From assembly GCA_051362555.1 (NCBI GenBank), contig CM120648.1, positions 11,652,587-11,716,586 of the forward strand: a stretch of 64,000 nt of DNA, given 5' to 3'. The translations under genes were made by a program, and so were the position numbers. How positions within the stretch are numbered: position 1 is the first letter of the stretch; every line of letters begins with the position of its first letter. This DNA comes from Lingula anatina (Eukaryota > Animalia > Brachiopoda). This document shows, in pieces, positions 39,501 to 53,364 of the stretch. Below the pieces are notes generated by a model, which worked only from the letters and a program-made list of their open reading frames with translations, did not search any database and was not told where the DNA came from.

Positions 39501-42500
39501 TTCAGAAACACCCCTTTTATAACCAAACTTCGTGGCAGCCACAGTTCATATGTGCTCATATTTGACCCAGGTAATGCAAAATGGTCATTGGTTTCTGTGG
39601 GAAATAAAAAAAAACAAAATACCAACTTATGCGTGGCTTTTTTAATCTATAACATCAGTTAAAAACAAATTATAAAGGTTTGACAACCAATTTCAGCAAG
39701 TTACATCTTGATAAAAATAGATTCCCTCCCTCCCCCCCCTCCCTCCCCCATGTCCCGAGGAGGCTTTGTCTCGCCCTAAAATATTTAAGATCAGCTATAA
39801 ACTTATCTGTATGTGTGCAGTAATATTGTACATTTTGGATTTCAGAGCATCATGGGGAGTTTACTTGGGGCAATGTTTAAATGGAGTTGGAAACGCCTGT
39901 ATCAATGTGGCTGTCTTGGCGGATTGTATAAAGGAAGCCGTGTAAGTTACGTGCAATTAGAATTAGCTTATATGAATGTAGCTGCCATGGCGGATTTTAT
40001 GGCGGACGTCGAAAACAAATTGTCTCTGATGGGTCGTCGTGAAGACCGACGACTGATTTTGATGTCCAGGTTGTCAAAGTTCGACACTGCTTGTCAGCTG
40101 ACAACACAGTGGAACAATTTCACACGTAAGAATGTGCCTGTGAAAATTGCTAGGCGTCGGTTACATGCTCATATTGTGTACAGCAGGGTAGCAAGACTGA
40201 AACCTCTTATATCGTTACAAAACAGGCAACGTAGAGTGAACTAGGGTCAACAGGATCTGGAACTGGACAGTCCATGACAATTGGTCCTATTTTTTTTTTC
40301 TGATGAGTGTCGCTTTGGTCTGACCTCTGATGACAGACTGGTACGATGCTGGCAAACTGCTGGTAAAGCATTTGAACCACATGCACTGAATTTTCGAACC
40401 CGGAGCAGCATATTCATCATGGTGTGGGGCTGCATCAGCATCCATGGCGTGGGCGAATTGATAGTGGTTGATGGAAACATGAATCACTAGAAATATATCG
40501 ATGTTTTGGAGTCAGGCTTGCTACCATCTATTACTAACATGTTTGGTGTCAGGAATTATCCATTTGTTCACCAGGATGACAATGCTCCTTGTCACAGGCC
40601 CAGAGCAGTTGATGATTGGTTTGACCAACAGGACATTCGCAGGGTGATGTGGCCTGCCCAGAGTCCGGATGCAAACATAATAGAAAATGTGTGGAATGAT
40701 ATTTCAAAATTTTGACAAATGCCCGTCTATCCAGCAGAGAAAGTCTGTTATATTCAGTGTTTCATGCTTGGGCCAGCATAAGCCCTGAACGCATCAGCCA
40801 ATTATATGAAACCTTGCCTCGTAGACTGGCACCTATTATTAGGTCACGTGGCAATGCCACTAAGTACTAATTTTGGACTTGAAACTGCATATTTTGGTAG
40901 AATGTATATTTTGTTCTCATTTTGTGATTTTTTGTGAAATTTGATGTTAATAAAATGATACCAGGAGCATATCATTCCACAGTCATCTATCTCCCCCATA
41001 GTATTGGTTCAGTAGAGGTGACACTTCTATTGTCCAGTGTGTGTAGTAGTATAATCCCCTTTTTCGAAGTTCTGTAGCCGTCATGGCGGATTGTGAAAGA
41101 AAATCATGGAAGTGGTAAGATTGGTAAGACTGGGCCTTATATTCTGTTTCCCACTCTTTAACATGATTAGTAAAAATATTCAGCATTCATTCAGAAGGAT
41201 GAGAAAATTTCTCTACACCATTACTAAACTGGCTTATTTTTACTTTTTTTTTCATTTCAATTAATAAAATCAAAAAAAAGATCAACTCTGCTTCAGATTT
41301 AAAGATATGCTATAATATTAGAATTAATCGGTTATTACATTTCTTTTCTAGTTAGATGAGTATGGTTTGACGTATTGTTGCGTGCGCCAATACAGTTCTC
41401 ACGTCTCGCTGTGTTAGTGGAGCATGTTTCACCCCATCTTTGTCTTATTTGATATTATACTGTTGTCACGTTTCATTGTGATAGTTGAGATTCTAAACTC
41501 ATCAACAAACATTCATTTAGCAGGGCGCAAAACTTTCACATGATAGCAAGACTGAGTAACTCATTCCTTTTTGATATGAAAAAATAACAAAATTATAAAA
41601 GGATTTATTATATATCACGTTCTTATTTTGTTAGTTGAGCATTTTTGATACATTGTTGTGTGCGCCATGAGACTTATCATTGATAAGGTTCGTATACTCG
41701 ATCTTGCTTTATTTTATTGTCATAGTTGAGATAATTTAAACTAATCAATATATTTAATATTATTGCAGGTTCCACGGATTACCCGACAATATAATCACAT
41801 ATAGTAATTTGTCAGCAGTATATATCACATCCATGGGCCTTGGGTGAGATTTTGTGTGGTTCTTTTCATTCTGATTTCGGTTTTTTTTTTTTTTTTTTTT
41901 GTTTTTTTTTAAATCAGTTAAGAGAGTTAATGTGGAAAGAGCTACAGATACACCGGGAATAACTAAACGCCATCTGCAGTATGCGCGCCATTAAAAAATA
42001 CATTGGTGTTTTTTACTTTTTATCTAAAACCGTAATTCAGTGGACAGAACAGTAGCTAAAAGCGTGACAATATAAACCTTCCATTCTGAATATCTTTACA
42101 TGCTACAAAACAATCCTTTCAATATTTTATTTACATTTAAGGAATTTCATCGGGACGCTTATTGGAGCAGCCATCGTGGAACATAATCCATTCAGCACGT
42201 TATCGGCAGTCCTTACGGGGCTCTGTCTGGGAGAAGTAAGTACTGGCAAGACAAAACGGAAAATATACTTGAAACACATCCTTGTGAAAGGGGCCTCAAA
42301 TCTTCATATGCATCACATTTTCAATAATCGAAGGCAAAAAAGGAAGTAAAAAGAAATACAAAAATCCACACAATGATACAGCAACCAGAAGCTGCCTCTA
42401 TTTATGACCATATTATCTATTTTAATGTGTTTGTTTTCAGACTGTTATGTATATGTACAATGCTTATATGTGTGTGCATGTGCGTCTTTGTATTTTGAAT

Positions 42501-42832
42501 CAGGGGATCGCAAATATACAGTCATAATTCACTGTTTTAATGTATGGGGGCGACCATGACCTCTATGAACTATTTTATTGTAAAATGTACGTCCGTATGT
42601 CCGTTTTCAGGCTGGTCTCCTAGTTCTATACTGTGCGGTAGTTTATGCAGTACTCACAAGGAGGCGCAACAGGTCCGAATACAGCAGCATCGACAGTGAT
42701 AATGCCAGTAACAGTGACACACAAAACGCCGAGGAAACATTGCTACTGCCGCCAACCCCTTGCCCGATAATACAGAGTCAATACGTGCAGCCAGAAAAAT
42801 GTATGCCTAATGATGACGCCAGTTCTAACTAG
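30552..42832 (+). CDS. SLC18B1: SLC18B1-like MFS transporter, copy C (12 exons, about 479 aa)
   Basis: Exons 30552-30665, 32160-32255, 32512-32585, 37183-37330, 37660-37828, 37949-38082, 38302-38412, 38641-38747, 39846-39941, 41769-41843, 42142-42235, 42611-42832(TAG). All GT-AG, sizes equal to paralogs. The ATG equivalent to B's start is GTG (30507), so the start is placed at the MKFLNL ATG. Confidence 0.87.
30965..32050. mobile_element. Helentron-like non-autonomous element with ~160-170 bp tandem repeat array, intron 1 of C
   Basis: Starts AACTAGATG in an A-rich site, short (CA)-rich tract, then units beginning aagaatttagaatcaacc...gtgcccatgcacatc...gatgatgggt...agtttcaact...ggaggagatagcagaaattac (about 5 full units plus a partial one, 31157-32045). 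Not present in B intron 1. Confidence 0.7.
33840..34131 (-). CDS. BEN-domain-like terminal exon carried inside the transposon (probably a relic gene)
   Basis: After acceptor ttttaaccag: KLLNMKTTASSCTNFCVKLMSTIFSAEERINPTRNILGCRRADMVKEPMCKERMLYIERSVKKFYPDEARLPGFWSKCTTAMNTANTNLRRK*. The pattern F..L...F..EE...N..G...K..(L/M)...R+..I...V...YP...W..C..A+N...RRK fits the BEN fold by eye. Confidence 0.6.
36013..36290 (+). pseudogene. C-terminal fragment of Tc1/IS630-type transposase
   Basis: FLKENAINLFQT(P)nESPDLNPIENIWSTMKHHLRKYTKPKTKDELISGMQEFWKTV...VIPEVLKREGRASGY; SPDLNPIE is the third catalytic motif; 5' part missing. Confidence 0.85.
38868..39700 (-). mobile_element. Internally deleted copy of the old intron-8 Tc1-like element (copy C)
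   Basis: Colinear with parts of 23234-24700; DDE-encoding part deleted. Confidence 0.7.
40012..41043 (+). mobile_element. 5'-truncated Tc1 (DD34E) transposon in intron 9 of C
   Basis: FSDECRF, VWGCIS, HQDDNAPCH-x-WPAQSPDANIIENVW (34 residues between D and E); internal stops; right TIR ...TTCTATTGTCCAGTGTGTG|TA; left end removed by a ~410-bp deletion relative to D. Confidence 0.92.
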
Positions 42833-43228
42833 AATTGGGGATTGTAATTCGCCTTTTAGTCCAGGGTTCACATCTCGTGCCTCCAATACACGAACCTTTA
42901 TTTATACAAAATTCGCAGGGGGCGTGCAATCTTAAAATTCGTGCGCCCGGTTGTGACCGAGACTATGAAAAGTTCCTGGCCGCTATACCGCCTAGCGGTC
43001 AGTGACTGAAAACTCACGTCATGCTACTGAAGGCTTACGTCCAAGTTGGCCACAAGCTTATGGTATGGAAAATATTTCAGTTCGTGTTAAATAATAACTG
43101 TGCATGAACATTTAAGCGAAACTGATTATATTCATTATAGGCTATTTGTCAGTGAATCTTCATGTCGATTGACATGCAGCCAAAAGTGTGCGGTCTTGGA
43201 AGATCGGCCGCCAAGCTGGCAGCTCAAA

Positions 43229-43513
43229 GGCCCCGTTCCGATAACCTTATCGTACTAGCTGGATCGACCTAAACTTCTCAGGGATTGCGGCTAAATTGTA
43301 TTCAGTTTAAGCGGCTTAAACGTCTGACACGCTCCCTTGTAACTTAATGTACTTGGGTAAAGTCGGGGAAACTGTGCCCCATCATCTTGTTCATGTTGCT
43401 TTGCGAGGGGGCGCGCCTGACAATACAGCTGATTACATAGATTGCGTCTTAGCGAGAATCCCCGCGGAGATTGATCCATCCTGCTAGTACGATAAGGTTA
43501 TGGGAACACAGTC
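43229..43513. mobile_element. MITE, GATCGATC family copy 5, downstream of C
   Basis: Same TIRs and flanks as 27296-27580. Confidence 0.8.
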
Positions 43514-44523
43514 TAAGAGCAATTTGAATTGCAGGTCATAGAGTCTAAATTACACTGAAAATAAATCATGAAAACACACACCAATAAAATTGATGACTTT
43601 GGATGTAAATTAAATGGATTTTACTTCTGTAAAACTGCTCCCATTTATGCGTGTATGTTATAAGTACAATAAGCTGTTAGACATATGTACGAAATACATG
43701 TACTTATTCGATACTAATATATACTTATTCTTATAAACATTAGGAATTAATTGAGAAATAGTGCAAGGTTTTAAATATGTTTTATCCTTCAAGGGAAAAT
43801 ATGAATTAATTTTTATAAATAACCTCGTTACAGTTTTACTAAAAATATGAGAAGACTCATATCGATTAAGGTAGCTTTATAAGATTAAATGAAGCAATTT
43901 AAATAATTATTAAAAGGTCCTATACTTACCTATATATGCCATCATAAATAATCAAGACCAACCCCCAAAAATTCTAAAGCAAAGAAGGAAAAAGTAAACA
44001 AAAATGCAAAACTCATCTTTATCCTCCACTTTTTAAAGAATCACGGATATATTTATATACGTACTGTATAATAAAAGAATAAATATGCTTTCTCAGTGGT
44101 AATAAGTAATACGCCCGTCGTAAATTTGATAAATAAGTACCCCTATTCTATACTATTCAAAGTCGTATAATGTAGAAGATTGTTGATTTCGTGCACCCCT
44201 GTTTTCCTTTCTTATTTTTTCATGCTAAAAATAAGGCATAAGGTTAATCCATAAAGTTACATAATTTATGGTTTTATCATACAAAAAAGCAATTTTTGTT
44301 AACAAATATCCAGGAGGATGCGTCCCACACTCCCAGTTTGTACATGTATATACGATTGTTAGAAATAAGATATAAATAAGATATAATTGCAGTGTCGTGC
44401 AAAGACGTGGGACGCACGCCTTAAAATAGCACACAGACCAGTGGATTCGAATACTGCTAAGTCATGTACTATAGCATTATTCAGTGCAGCGCATGAAACT
44501 TTTGTTCTGATTTGGGTGATTGA

Positions 44524-44692
44524 TGATGGGCGGATTTAGGCCGTCTTCTGGGTCTTCCGGAAGACGGTCAGATTTTCAAGTTTACATTGACGGGTATCCA
44601 ATTTTCATGTTGGAAGACGGTCAAAATTAGAGGGTGAATCAACAAAGATAATTTGGAAGACTGTTAGAAAATAACTCTGGGTCCGCCCATCA
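44524..44692. mobile_element. 169-bp MITE upstream of the D start codon
   Basis: TIR TGATGGGCGGA / TCCGCCCATCA, apparent GA duplication, three internal GGAAGAC(G/T)GT repeats; empty site in E at about 55890. Confidence 0.75.
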
Positions 44693-44822
44693 GATGGGCC
44701 TGTCGAGTAATGTGAGAAATTGCTAAAAAAGGAAAGTTCCATCCCTGGCTGTTTTCGCATAAGTAAGAGGGAAACTACATACAGGTGTGGGGACATACAT
44801 TGTACAGAATGAGAAAGAGAAA

Positions 44823-47800
44823 ATGAACGAGGAGATAGAAAATGAGAAGGAGAGAAGAAGGGAGGAGATAGAGAATGACAAGGAGGGAAGGAGTGAGAAA
44901 GTAAATACAGGAGGCCAGTTGCTCAAGCTGAGTTCCCGGCAGAAATTCACCTTAATGAACGGTGCACTTTCCAACATTGCCGTTAGCGTGAGCTACTCTG
45001 TATTGCTGCCATTTCTTCGAGATGTGGTAAGTGACAATTGAGTGGTTCTTTTTTAGCAAGCAACTTGTTTAAATGGCTTAAAATCTCTTTTAGTGAACGG
45101 AATGGGCCGATAGAGTCTATAACGATGCTGCCGCTACAAGGTGAGGTCATAACAGAACAGAAAAAGGACGCATATGAGGTGGGGGTAATCTTTTAGCATA
45201 AAGGATGAAATTATGCGCCGGGGATTTCGTCTAAGAAATCAATACAAAAGAAACACAAAAAACGTGACTTATGTGCACGTTTGGTGCATTATCATGACAT
45301 TAAGACTCTTCATTCTGTCTACAGTGGGTGGTAAACACATGAGCTCTCATCCTCTATGTATATTTTAAAAAAAGGAATAAATAAAAGCTGACATTTAATG
45401 AGAACGAAATAGAATGTTTTAATAATTGACCTTGACCTCTGAAGACTTCTGAAATATACCCAATTTAATGTCCATGTGCTTTATTTATTATTTAATTTAT
45501 TTGTTTATTTTTATCTATTTATTTATTTTATTATTATTATTTTTTTTTCTTTTTTTTTTAAACAGCACCTTTCTTTCTTTCTTTGCACTAATAACAGCCA
45601 AAATTCTGGAAACCTTTTATCACACTTGCTGCTTACTATTATTTTTTCATTATGTTCATTCCACATAAATTCACCACAGTTTGCTGTAAGATTGTACACG
45701 TTGTCGGAGACATCTAATAATTCACAGGTAATTTCGGTAACTTCACGTAACAACTTTTTACTGTAGTCTGTAACTCCTTATAATACGTTATGTAAAGTCT
45801 AAAGAGGCAGAGTAGGCTTGTTGACTATTCTAATTAAAAAGCCATTGATTAGGAAGTTCTTGAGGCCATTGTCTTGGTTTGACACTTATTAAGTGTGTGG
45901 TTCTCCACATATCGTTAGAATGTACCGAGCGACGAGTGAACATGGAATGATTGAATGATTATTGTTGTCAGCGTTGGAATTCCTCATAGCAATTTACACG
46001 TAACTATTTTGACGACAAATCTGTTAGGTAATATTAACGCGTTATCCAAACCTACATGTACAACGGTGTCCGTGTTTAGAGCTAGTTTCTAAATTTAATT
46101 CATAGCTAAATTTTGCGCGGTTCCGGACAACGTGAACAGATACATCAACACTGAGAATGGTCTAAGGTGAAATCCTATCATCTATGTCTGTACTGTCTCC
46201 ATGAAATGCCTAAAAACATATTGTGTATTAACCCGACAGCCATTATTATTATTATTATTATTATTATTACTGTATTATAAAAGTCGACTCGTTTTCAGTT
46301 TTGTGGTCAGTTAACGATCCACGACGAGGTTAAGACGACCAGCACGCCACGAACACTAGCATTATCTATTACGTCAGGTTCTTTGTTCTTTGTATTTTTT
46401 TCTCAGGCAATGAAAAAGGGCGTGTCTCTAACTGGAGCAGGGGCAATCCTTGGGTGTTACGAGGTGGCCTTGTTCTGCTGTTCCCTTATTATTGGTTCAC
46501 AGGTACTGTTGGCTTGTTGGTTACTGCTCAGTAATGATCTTTTTTCTAGATTTTAATGATATTTATAATTAAAATTAAAATGTATTCCACCTAGGCCTGA
46601 CCTTCAATAAATTTGTTTCTAAAAACCTTAGCCAGCGTTTATAAATAATAAGACGAATCTTGTTTAACAACTGGGAATATTGAAAATTTCAAGCTATTCA
46701 TATTTTGTTTTAGTTATCTCGCGTAGGAGCGAGACGCTGTTTCTACACCGGGGCGCTTGTAACAGGTGTTAGTTCACTAGCTTTTGGGTACGTAAGCTAT
46801 GGTCGACATTGGGCCTTTTGTCGCTTCTATGAATTTCAAACGTTTGATTATATACATACAATGTGCGTTAAACTTTAACATAGCGAAAAAACATTTTAGC
46901 ACCCCCCCCCCCTCTTTCAAGGTATACCCTATCCAAAACTATGCATTGCGTTTAATCATACCTGAGTTGACACACGTACAAAGCGTGACCAAAGTGTCGA
47001 CCAGAATGGCCATTTCTACATTTTTTTTTTTTTTTGCAATATCACAGAACGGAAAAATCTTCAAATAATATATAAATGACTCAAATAGATAGAATTCAAA
47101 AGCAGTTTATTTTCTTTCTTGGAAAGAGGGGGTTGTCCAGGGGGGGGGTTGACCGGGGAAGTTTCATAATTGACCATTCTTCAAACAATTATAAATAAAT
47201 AAGGCCAAATGTGCTATTGAAAATGCACATTAAAGAAAACAATACATAAGAGAAAACTTACATATAAAATATGTTTTAGTTTTTTAGATGCCTGCCCTCC
47301 CGGTGACACTTTTCTTGCCCTTGCTATATCAATACGTTTCCTAGAGTCAATAGGTGCTTCCATGTCTTTCACGTCCAACTTTGCCCTAGCTACGAGGGAG
47401 TTTAGAGACAACACAGCAACAGCATATGTAAGTTGACAGCTACCATTAACTCATTGATGCGGGTTCGAAATACTTAAAGCCATTGTTAGAAATAAATTTA
47501 TTAGGTATTCCTATAAGTTGTCCTTAAAGTTGTATGGATTATATAAATTTTTCAGGTAAGCATGCATTAAGTTTGTTTTTCAGTCGTGTGTTTCATCTTT
47601 GTACTACTTGATGGTATTAATATCATAATAATATCGTATCAATATTTTATGTCATTGCCAAAGCATTTGACATTGTCTTATATACAAAGATGGCTTTTCG
47701 TCTACAGCACATATTTTTGAAAAAGCGAATATTAATCAATGAAATTATACTTTCATTGTAGCATGCAAAAACAGGTAATTAAAACATTCTGTCTTTATTT

Positions 47801-50800
47801 GCTTCATTATTTCTTGTAAAAAAAAGCGGTTTGATTCAGTTAAATATTTCTTTCAAAATTCTACTCTAGGGGTTCTTGGAAACGTTTGCAGGACTTGGTC
47901 ACGTCTTGGGCCCCTTGATCGGTGGCGGCCTCTATCAACTGGGAGGGTTTAGACTGCCGTTCTTCGTGTCGGGTCCACTGACGATCATCACAGCAACTGT
48001 AGCATTTTTTACCTTACCAACCGAGAAAGAAGAGCAAGGTAACTTGTTACAGTTAGTATTTGCTAAGTTGCCTGATGAGTTATTGAAACTTTTGCCTCTT
48101 TGACAAGATAGCGCCAGTTCTTAATCCAAATAAGGGTCAAATATGTATCTGAGCATTGAATAAAACAAATGGCCAAGTTCCGAAAGTAAGTACCATGCAC
48201 ATTAAAGAAAACAAAAGATCTGAAAGAATGCATAAGATAAATTAATTATTCTATATATTGTCATGATGCAAGCAAAACCCACTGATCATGGCATGAATGG
48301 GAACTAATCAACATAGTGGAAGTTAAAAGGATGTTAGAAGAAAAGGGGTGAAAAGAGAAAGAAAATACTTTACAACGTAACTTACAGAATACATGCAGGC
48401 GACTTTAAAGCCTCCAGAGCTAAGGAGATTGGTCGAGAAATATGAAGGAAGATGGTGAATCAGAATCACCGTCACTTCGCCAGAATATGTATGGAGATAT
48501 ATACTGTGCACGCAAAGAATAACCTGTTAGTGTTACATCATACTTCCCACGTCCATTACCTCCTTGAAGTCTGATATTTAATTTCATATCAGTTGTTCGC
48601 CTTTTTTATTCACAGATATACCAAGAGACTACGGACAGCTAATTAAAATAGCAAAGATACCGGCCATACATCTAGAACAAGTAGCCGTTTGGGTAGGATA
48701 TGTTGGCTGGAGTGCTTTAAGTCCCACTCTAGGAGGCCATTTACAGAATGTAAGATATCTGACTACGAGTGCACTGTCATTCTAATGCTAGTGAAAAGAT
48801 ACTTTATAATTACGTTATTGTGAAACGTAGGTAACTAAAAAGTAACGAACATGTTTTCTGCTTTTAAATCAATTTCCAATATGTCGTTTAGCATTTTTTA
48901 TATTTCATTATTTTTTTAATATTTCTTTCCTTTTTCAGTTTTTTTTTATTACTGTCGTGTTTACAGGTAGATTCCTCTGTTCAAGGCAACCATATCATGA
49001 TCGGTTTGGCGTTTTCTCTGACTGGAACCTTTTACACGTGCTCGGTACTATTGTTTGGTTTCATAACAGACAAATACGTAAGCTGTTTTTCTTTTTAGTT
49101 TTTATTTTAAATTTCTCTTTATTATTTTATGAAAATCATTATTTTTCCTCTTTTTTGTAATATGTTTCGTTTGGTCTAAAGTCGCATAATAGCAACTAAA
49201 TTTAATACCTCACCTGGTGAAAGTTTCACAGCAAAACTGTAGTTCCAAAGCATAGAAATGAGTATAAACTTCCAAAGATATATTAAATAAATGTCCTGTT
49301 TTTCTTATAGAATCAGCGTAAGGTAATAATAATCTTGGGACTCATCGTCATGGCCGTAGCCTTAACTCTCATTGGACCCTGGGCACCCTTCACTCACCTA
49401 TTCCCAAACGGCAAGGGGTAGGTACCAATGCCATAAATTCAGAACCATGAAGACATTTCTTTAAGATATAATGTTGCTGTGCTAAATGTTGCAATGTTGT
49501 AATCGATGACTCTATTTCGAAAAACAGGAATGAAATACACTGTTGTTCATACCTGTCACAACTAATGATCCCCGCACGAAAATGCAGTAGTATCGAAGTA
49601 GCAAAGAAGCATTAACGCAGTATTGGTGTGGAGCATATTTGCAGTAGAAATTCAGCATAGCCTACTGCAATTCTACTCCAAAAAGTACATAGGTTTGTAC
49701 AGAGAGGAGCATTTATGCAGTAGATTAGCAGCATGATAGAAACATTATGCTAATTAGCTCCCAAATCGAAGCAGATTTGAAGCATGTTTTATGATTGCAG
49801 TAGTCTACTGCGGTTTGCAGTATGATTGCAGTAGTCTACTGCGCTGGAGTATCTACTGCGTTTTCTTGCGGGGAAGTTTATGGATTCAGTCGCAAACGTC
49901 TACATGTAAGGACTCTGTTATCTTTGCACATACAAAAGCTGAAAAACATACAAAAGAAGCACAAAGAAACACAAAACACCAGCAGTCTAGAGATAAGTTC
50001 AATCATTTGTTAAATATGGTCTCCAGTAAAACAACGCATTTGCATATGGCCATCTCAAGGGTAGAGTAGGAACGTAGATTCAGCTAGGAAGACCAGATGC
50101 TCTCAGTGCACGTCTCTTAAATTAGGTTTCTGTTTTGAGTTTGCGTAGCCGTGGTTAATGCTATATGGTAACGTGTTCACATAGGTGTCTTAGCCATTAT
50201 TCGTGGCATATTGCCATGTTGGACCTATTTCCCGTTCAAAGTTTGGCGGGATAGGCCTATCAAACGATGAGCCCATGACAGTGGCAATTTTCGTGTGGGT
50301 TCTTCTGGCAATGTTCATGATAACGCGAACAGAACCTGACGTCAAATTGTGTCAAACTGTGAATCTGTCAGAAGCTACACTGCGGGTCGGAGCTCTTCTC
50401 GGGGTAGAAACTAGTCTGATAATATGTGGCCTTGAAACCCAAAGCTCTCTGGCAATGTTTGGTTCCCTGAAGCCCAGTTCATTGAGTGCAGTTATTTGGT
50501 ACTACAAACAACGCGAGTTGTCTTGGTATGGCTTTAGTAATAGTTTGGTGGAGCGCTAGGTCAGATCTCATCTTCAGAAACACCCCTTTTATAACCAAAC
50601 TTCGTGGCAGCCACAGTTCATATGTGCTCATATTTGACCCAAGTAATGCAAAATGGTCATTGCTTTCTGTGGGAAATAAAAAAAAAACAAAATACCAACT
50701 TATGCGTGGCTTTTTAAATCTATAACATCAGTTAAAAACAAATTATAAAGGTTTGACAACCAATTTCAGCAAGTTACATCTTGATAAAAATAGATTCCCT

Positions 50801-53320
50801 CCCTCCCCCATGTCGCGAGGAGGCTATGTCTCGCCCTAAAATATTTAAGATCAGCTATAAACTTATCTGTATGTGTGCAGTAATATTGTACATTTTGGAT
50901 TTCAGAGCATCATGGGGAGTTTACTTGGGGCAATGTTTAAATGGAGTTGGAAACGCCTGTATCAATGTGGCTGTCTTGGCGGATTGTATAAAGGAAGCCG
51001 TGTAAGTTACGTACAATTAGAATTAGCTTATATGAATGTAGCTGCCATGGCGGATTTTATGGCGGACGTCGAAAAGTTGGAAGACTTGTGAGGGTCTTGT
51101 GCCCCATTCCTCTCTGTTGAGTATTATTAGAAAAATATTGTTTTGTAATCGTAGGCCGTGCCAGTTATGTACACACACTGTACATTAGAAGTGTAAAGTA
51201 ATAAAAGTAGTCAGATCTTGGGTAGTTATAATGCCTGGTCTACTTATAATGTGACTAATGAGTATAAAACCGCTATACCATGGAATTGTATTGTTGGTCT
51301 TGTACATGTACAGCAAATGTTATTCCTATCTTCCTCCAATATGGCAAGACACAGGCAATTATCTTACGGTTATAGGTGCAAGGCGAAATATAAGCAATGT
51401 CAGAATATCGATACAATTGATTTGTTCAGTCAGAACCGTGCAGAGGGTCTGGTCTCGGTATAGAAACCCTGGATCAAAAGACAAAGTGTCTCTGATGGGT
51501 CGTCCTAGAAAAACTACTGGTCGTAAAGACCGACGACTGATTTTGATGTCCAGGTTGTCAAAGTTCGACACTGCTTGTCAGCTGACAACACAGTGGAACA
51601 ATTTCACACGTAAGAATGTGCCTGTGAAAATTGCTAGGCGTCGGTTACATGCTCATATTGTGTACAGCAGGGTAGCAAGACTGAAACCTCTTATATCGTT
51701 ACAAAACAGGCAACGTAGAGTGAACTAGGGTCAACAGGATTTGGAACTGGTCAGTCCATGACAATTGGTCCTATATATTTTTTTTTTCTGATGAGTGTCG
51801 CTTTGGTCTGACCTCTGATGACAGACTGGTACGATGCTGGTAAACTGCTGGTAAAGCATTTGAACCACATGCACTGAATTTTCGAACCCGGAGCAGCATA
51901 TTCATCATGGTGTGGGGCTGCATCAGCATCCATGGCGTGGGCGAATTGATAGTGGTTGATGGAAACATGAATCACTAGAAATATATCGATGTTTTGGAGT
52001 CAGGCTTGCTACCATCTATTACTAACATGTTTGGTGTCAGGAATTATCCATTTGTTCACCAGGATGACAATGCTCCTTGTCACAGGCCCAGAGCAGTTGA
52101 TGATTGGTTTGACCAACAGGACATTCGCAGGGTGATGTGGCCTGCCCAGAGTCCGGATGCAAACATAATAGAAAATGTGTGGAATGATATGTCAAAATTT
52201 TGACAAATGCCCGTCTATCCAGCAGAGAAAGTCTGTTATATTCAGTGTTTCATGCTTGGGCCAGCATAAGCCCTGAACGCATCAGCCAATTATATGAAAC
52301 CTTGCCTCGTAGACTGGCACCTATTATTAGGTCACGTGGCAATGCCACTAAGTACTAATTTTGGACTTGAAACTGCATATTTTGGTAGAATGTATATTTT
52401 GTTCTCATTTTGTGATTTTTTGTGAAATTTGATGTTAATAAAATGATACCAGGAGCATATCATTCCACAGTCATCTATCTCCCCCATAGTATTGGTTCAG
52501 TAGAGGTGACAATTCTATTGTCCAGTGTGTGTAGTATTATAATCCACTTTTTCGAAGTTCTGTAGCCGTCATGGCGGATTGTGAAAGAAAATCATGGAAG
52601 TGGTAAGATTGGTTACTGGGCCTTATATTCTGTTTCCCACTCTTTAACATGATTAGTAAAAATATTCAGCATTCATTCAGAAGGATGAGAAAATTTCTCT
52701 ACACCATTACTAAACTGGCTTATTTTTACTTTTTTTTTTTTTCATTTCAATTAATAAAATCAAAAAAAAAAAAATCAACTCTGCTCCAGATTTAAAGATA
52801 TGCTATAATATTAGAATTAATCGGTTATTACATTTCTTTTTTTGTTAGATGAGTATGGTTTCACCCCATCTTTGTCTTATTTGATATTATACTGTTGTCA
52901 CGTTTCATTGTGATAGTTGAGATTCTAAACTCATCAACAAACATTCATTTAGCAGGGCGCAAAACTTTCACATGATAGCAAGACTGAGTAACTCATTCCT
53001 TTTTGATATGAAAAAATAACAAAATTATAAAAGGATTTATTATATATCACGTTCTTATTTTGTTAGTTGAGCATTTTTGATACATTGTTGTGTGCGCCAT
53101 GAGACTTATCATTGATTAGGTTCGTATACTCGATCTTGCTTTATTTTATTGTGATAGTTGAGATAATTTAAACTAATCAATATATTTAATATTATTGCAG
53201 GTTCCACGGATTACCCGACAATATAATCACATATAGTAATTTGTCAGCAGTATATATCACATCCATGGGCCTTGGGTGAGATTTTGTGTGGTTCTTTTCA
53301 TTCTGATTTCGGTTTTTTTT

Positions 53321-53364
<44 letters not shown>

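Larger units (their letters stand above)
37862..48190 (+). repeat. Segmental duplication unit 1 (C exon 6 to D exon 5), paralogous to about 48532-58570
   Basis: Near-identical introns, intergenic DNA and shared transposon insertions between the two ~10-kb blocks. Confidence 0.88.
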
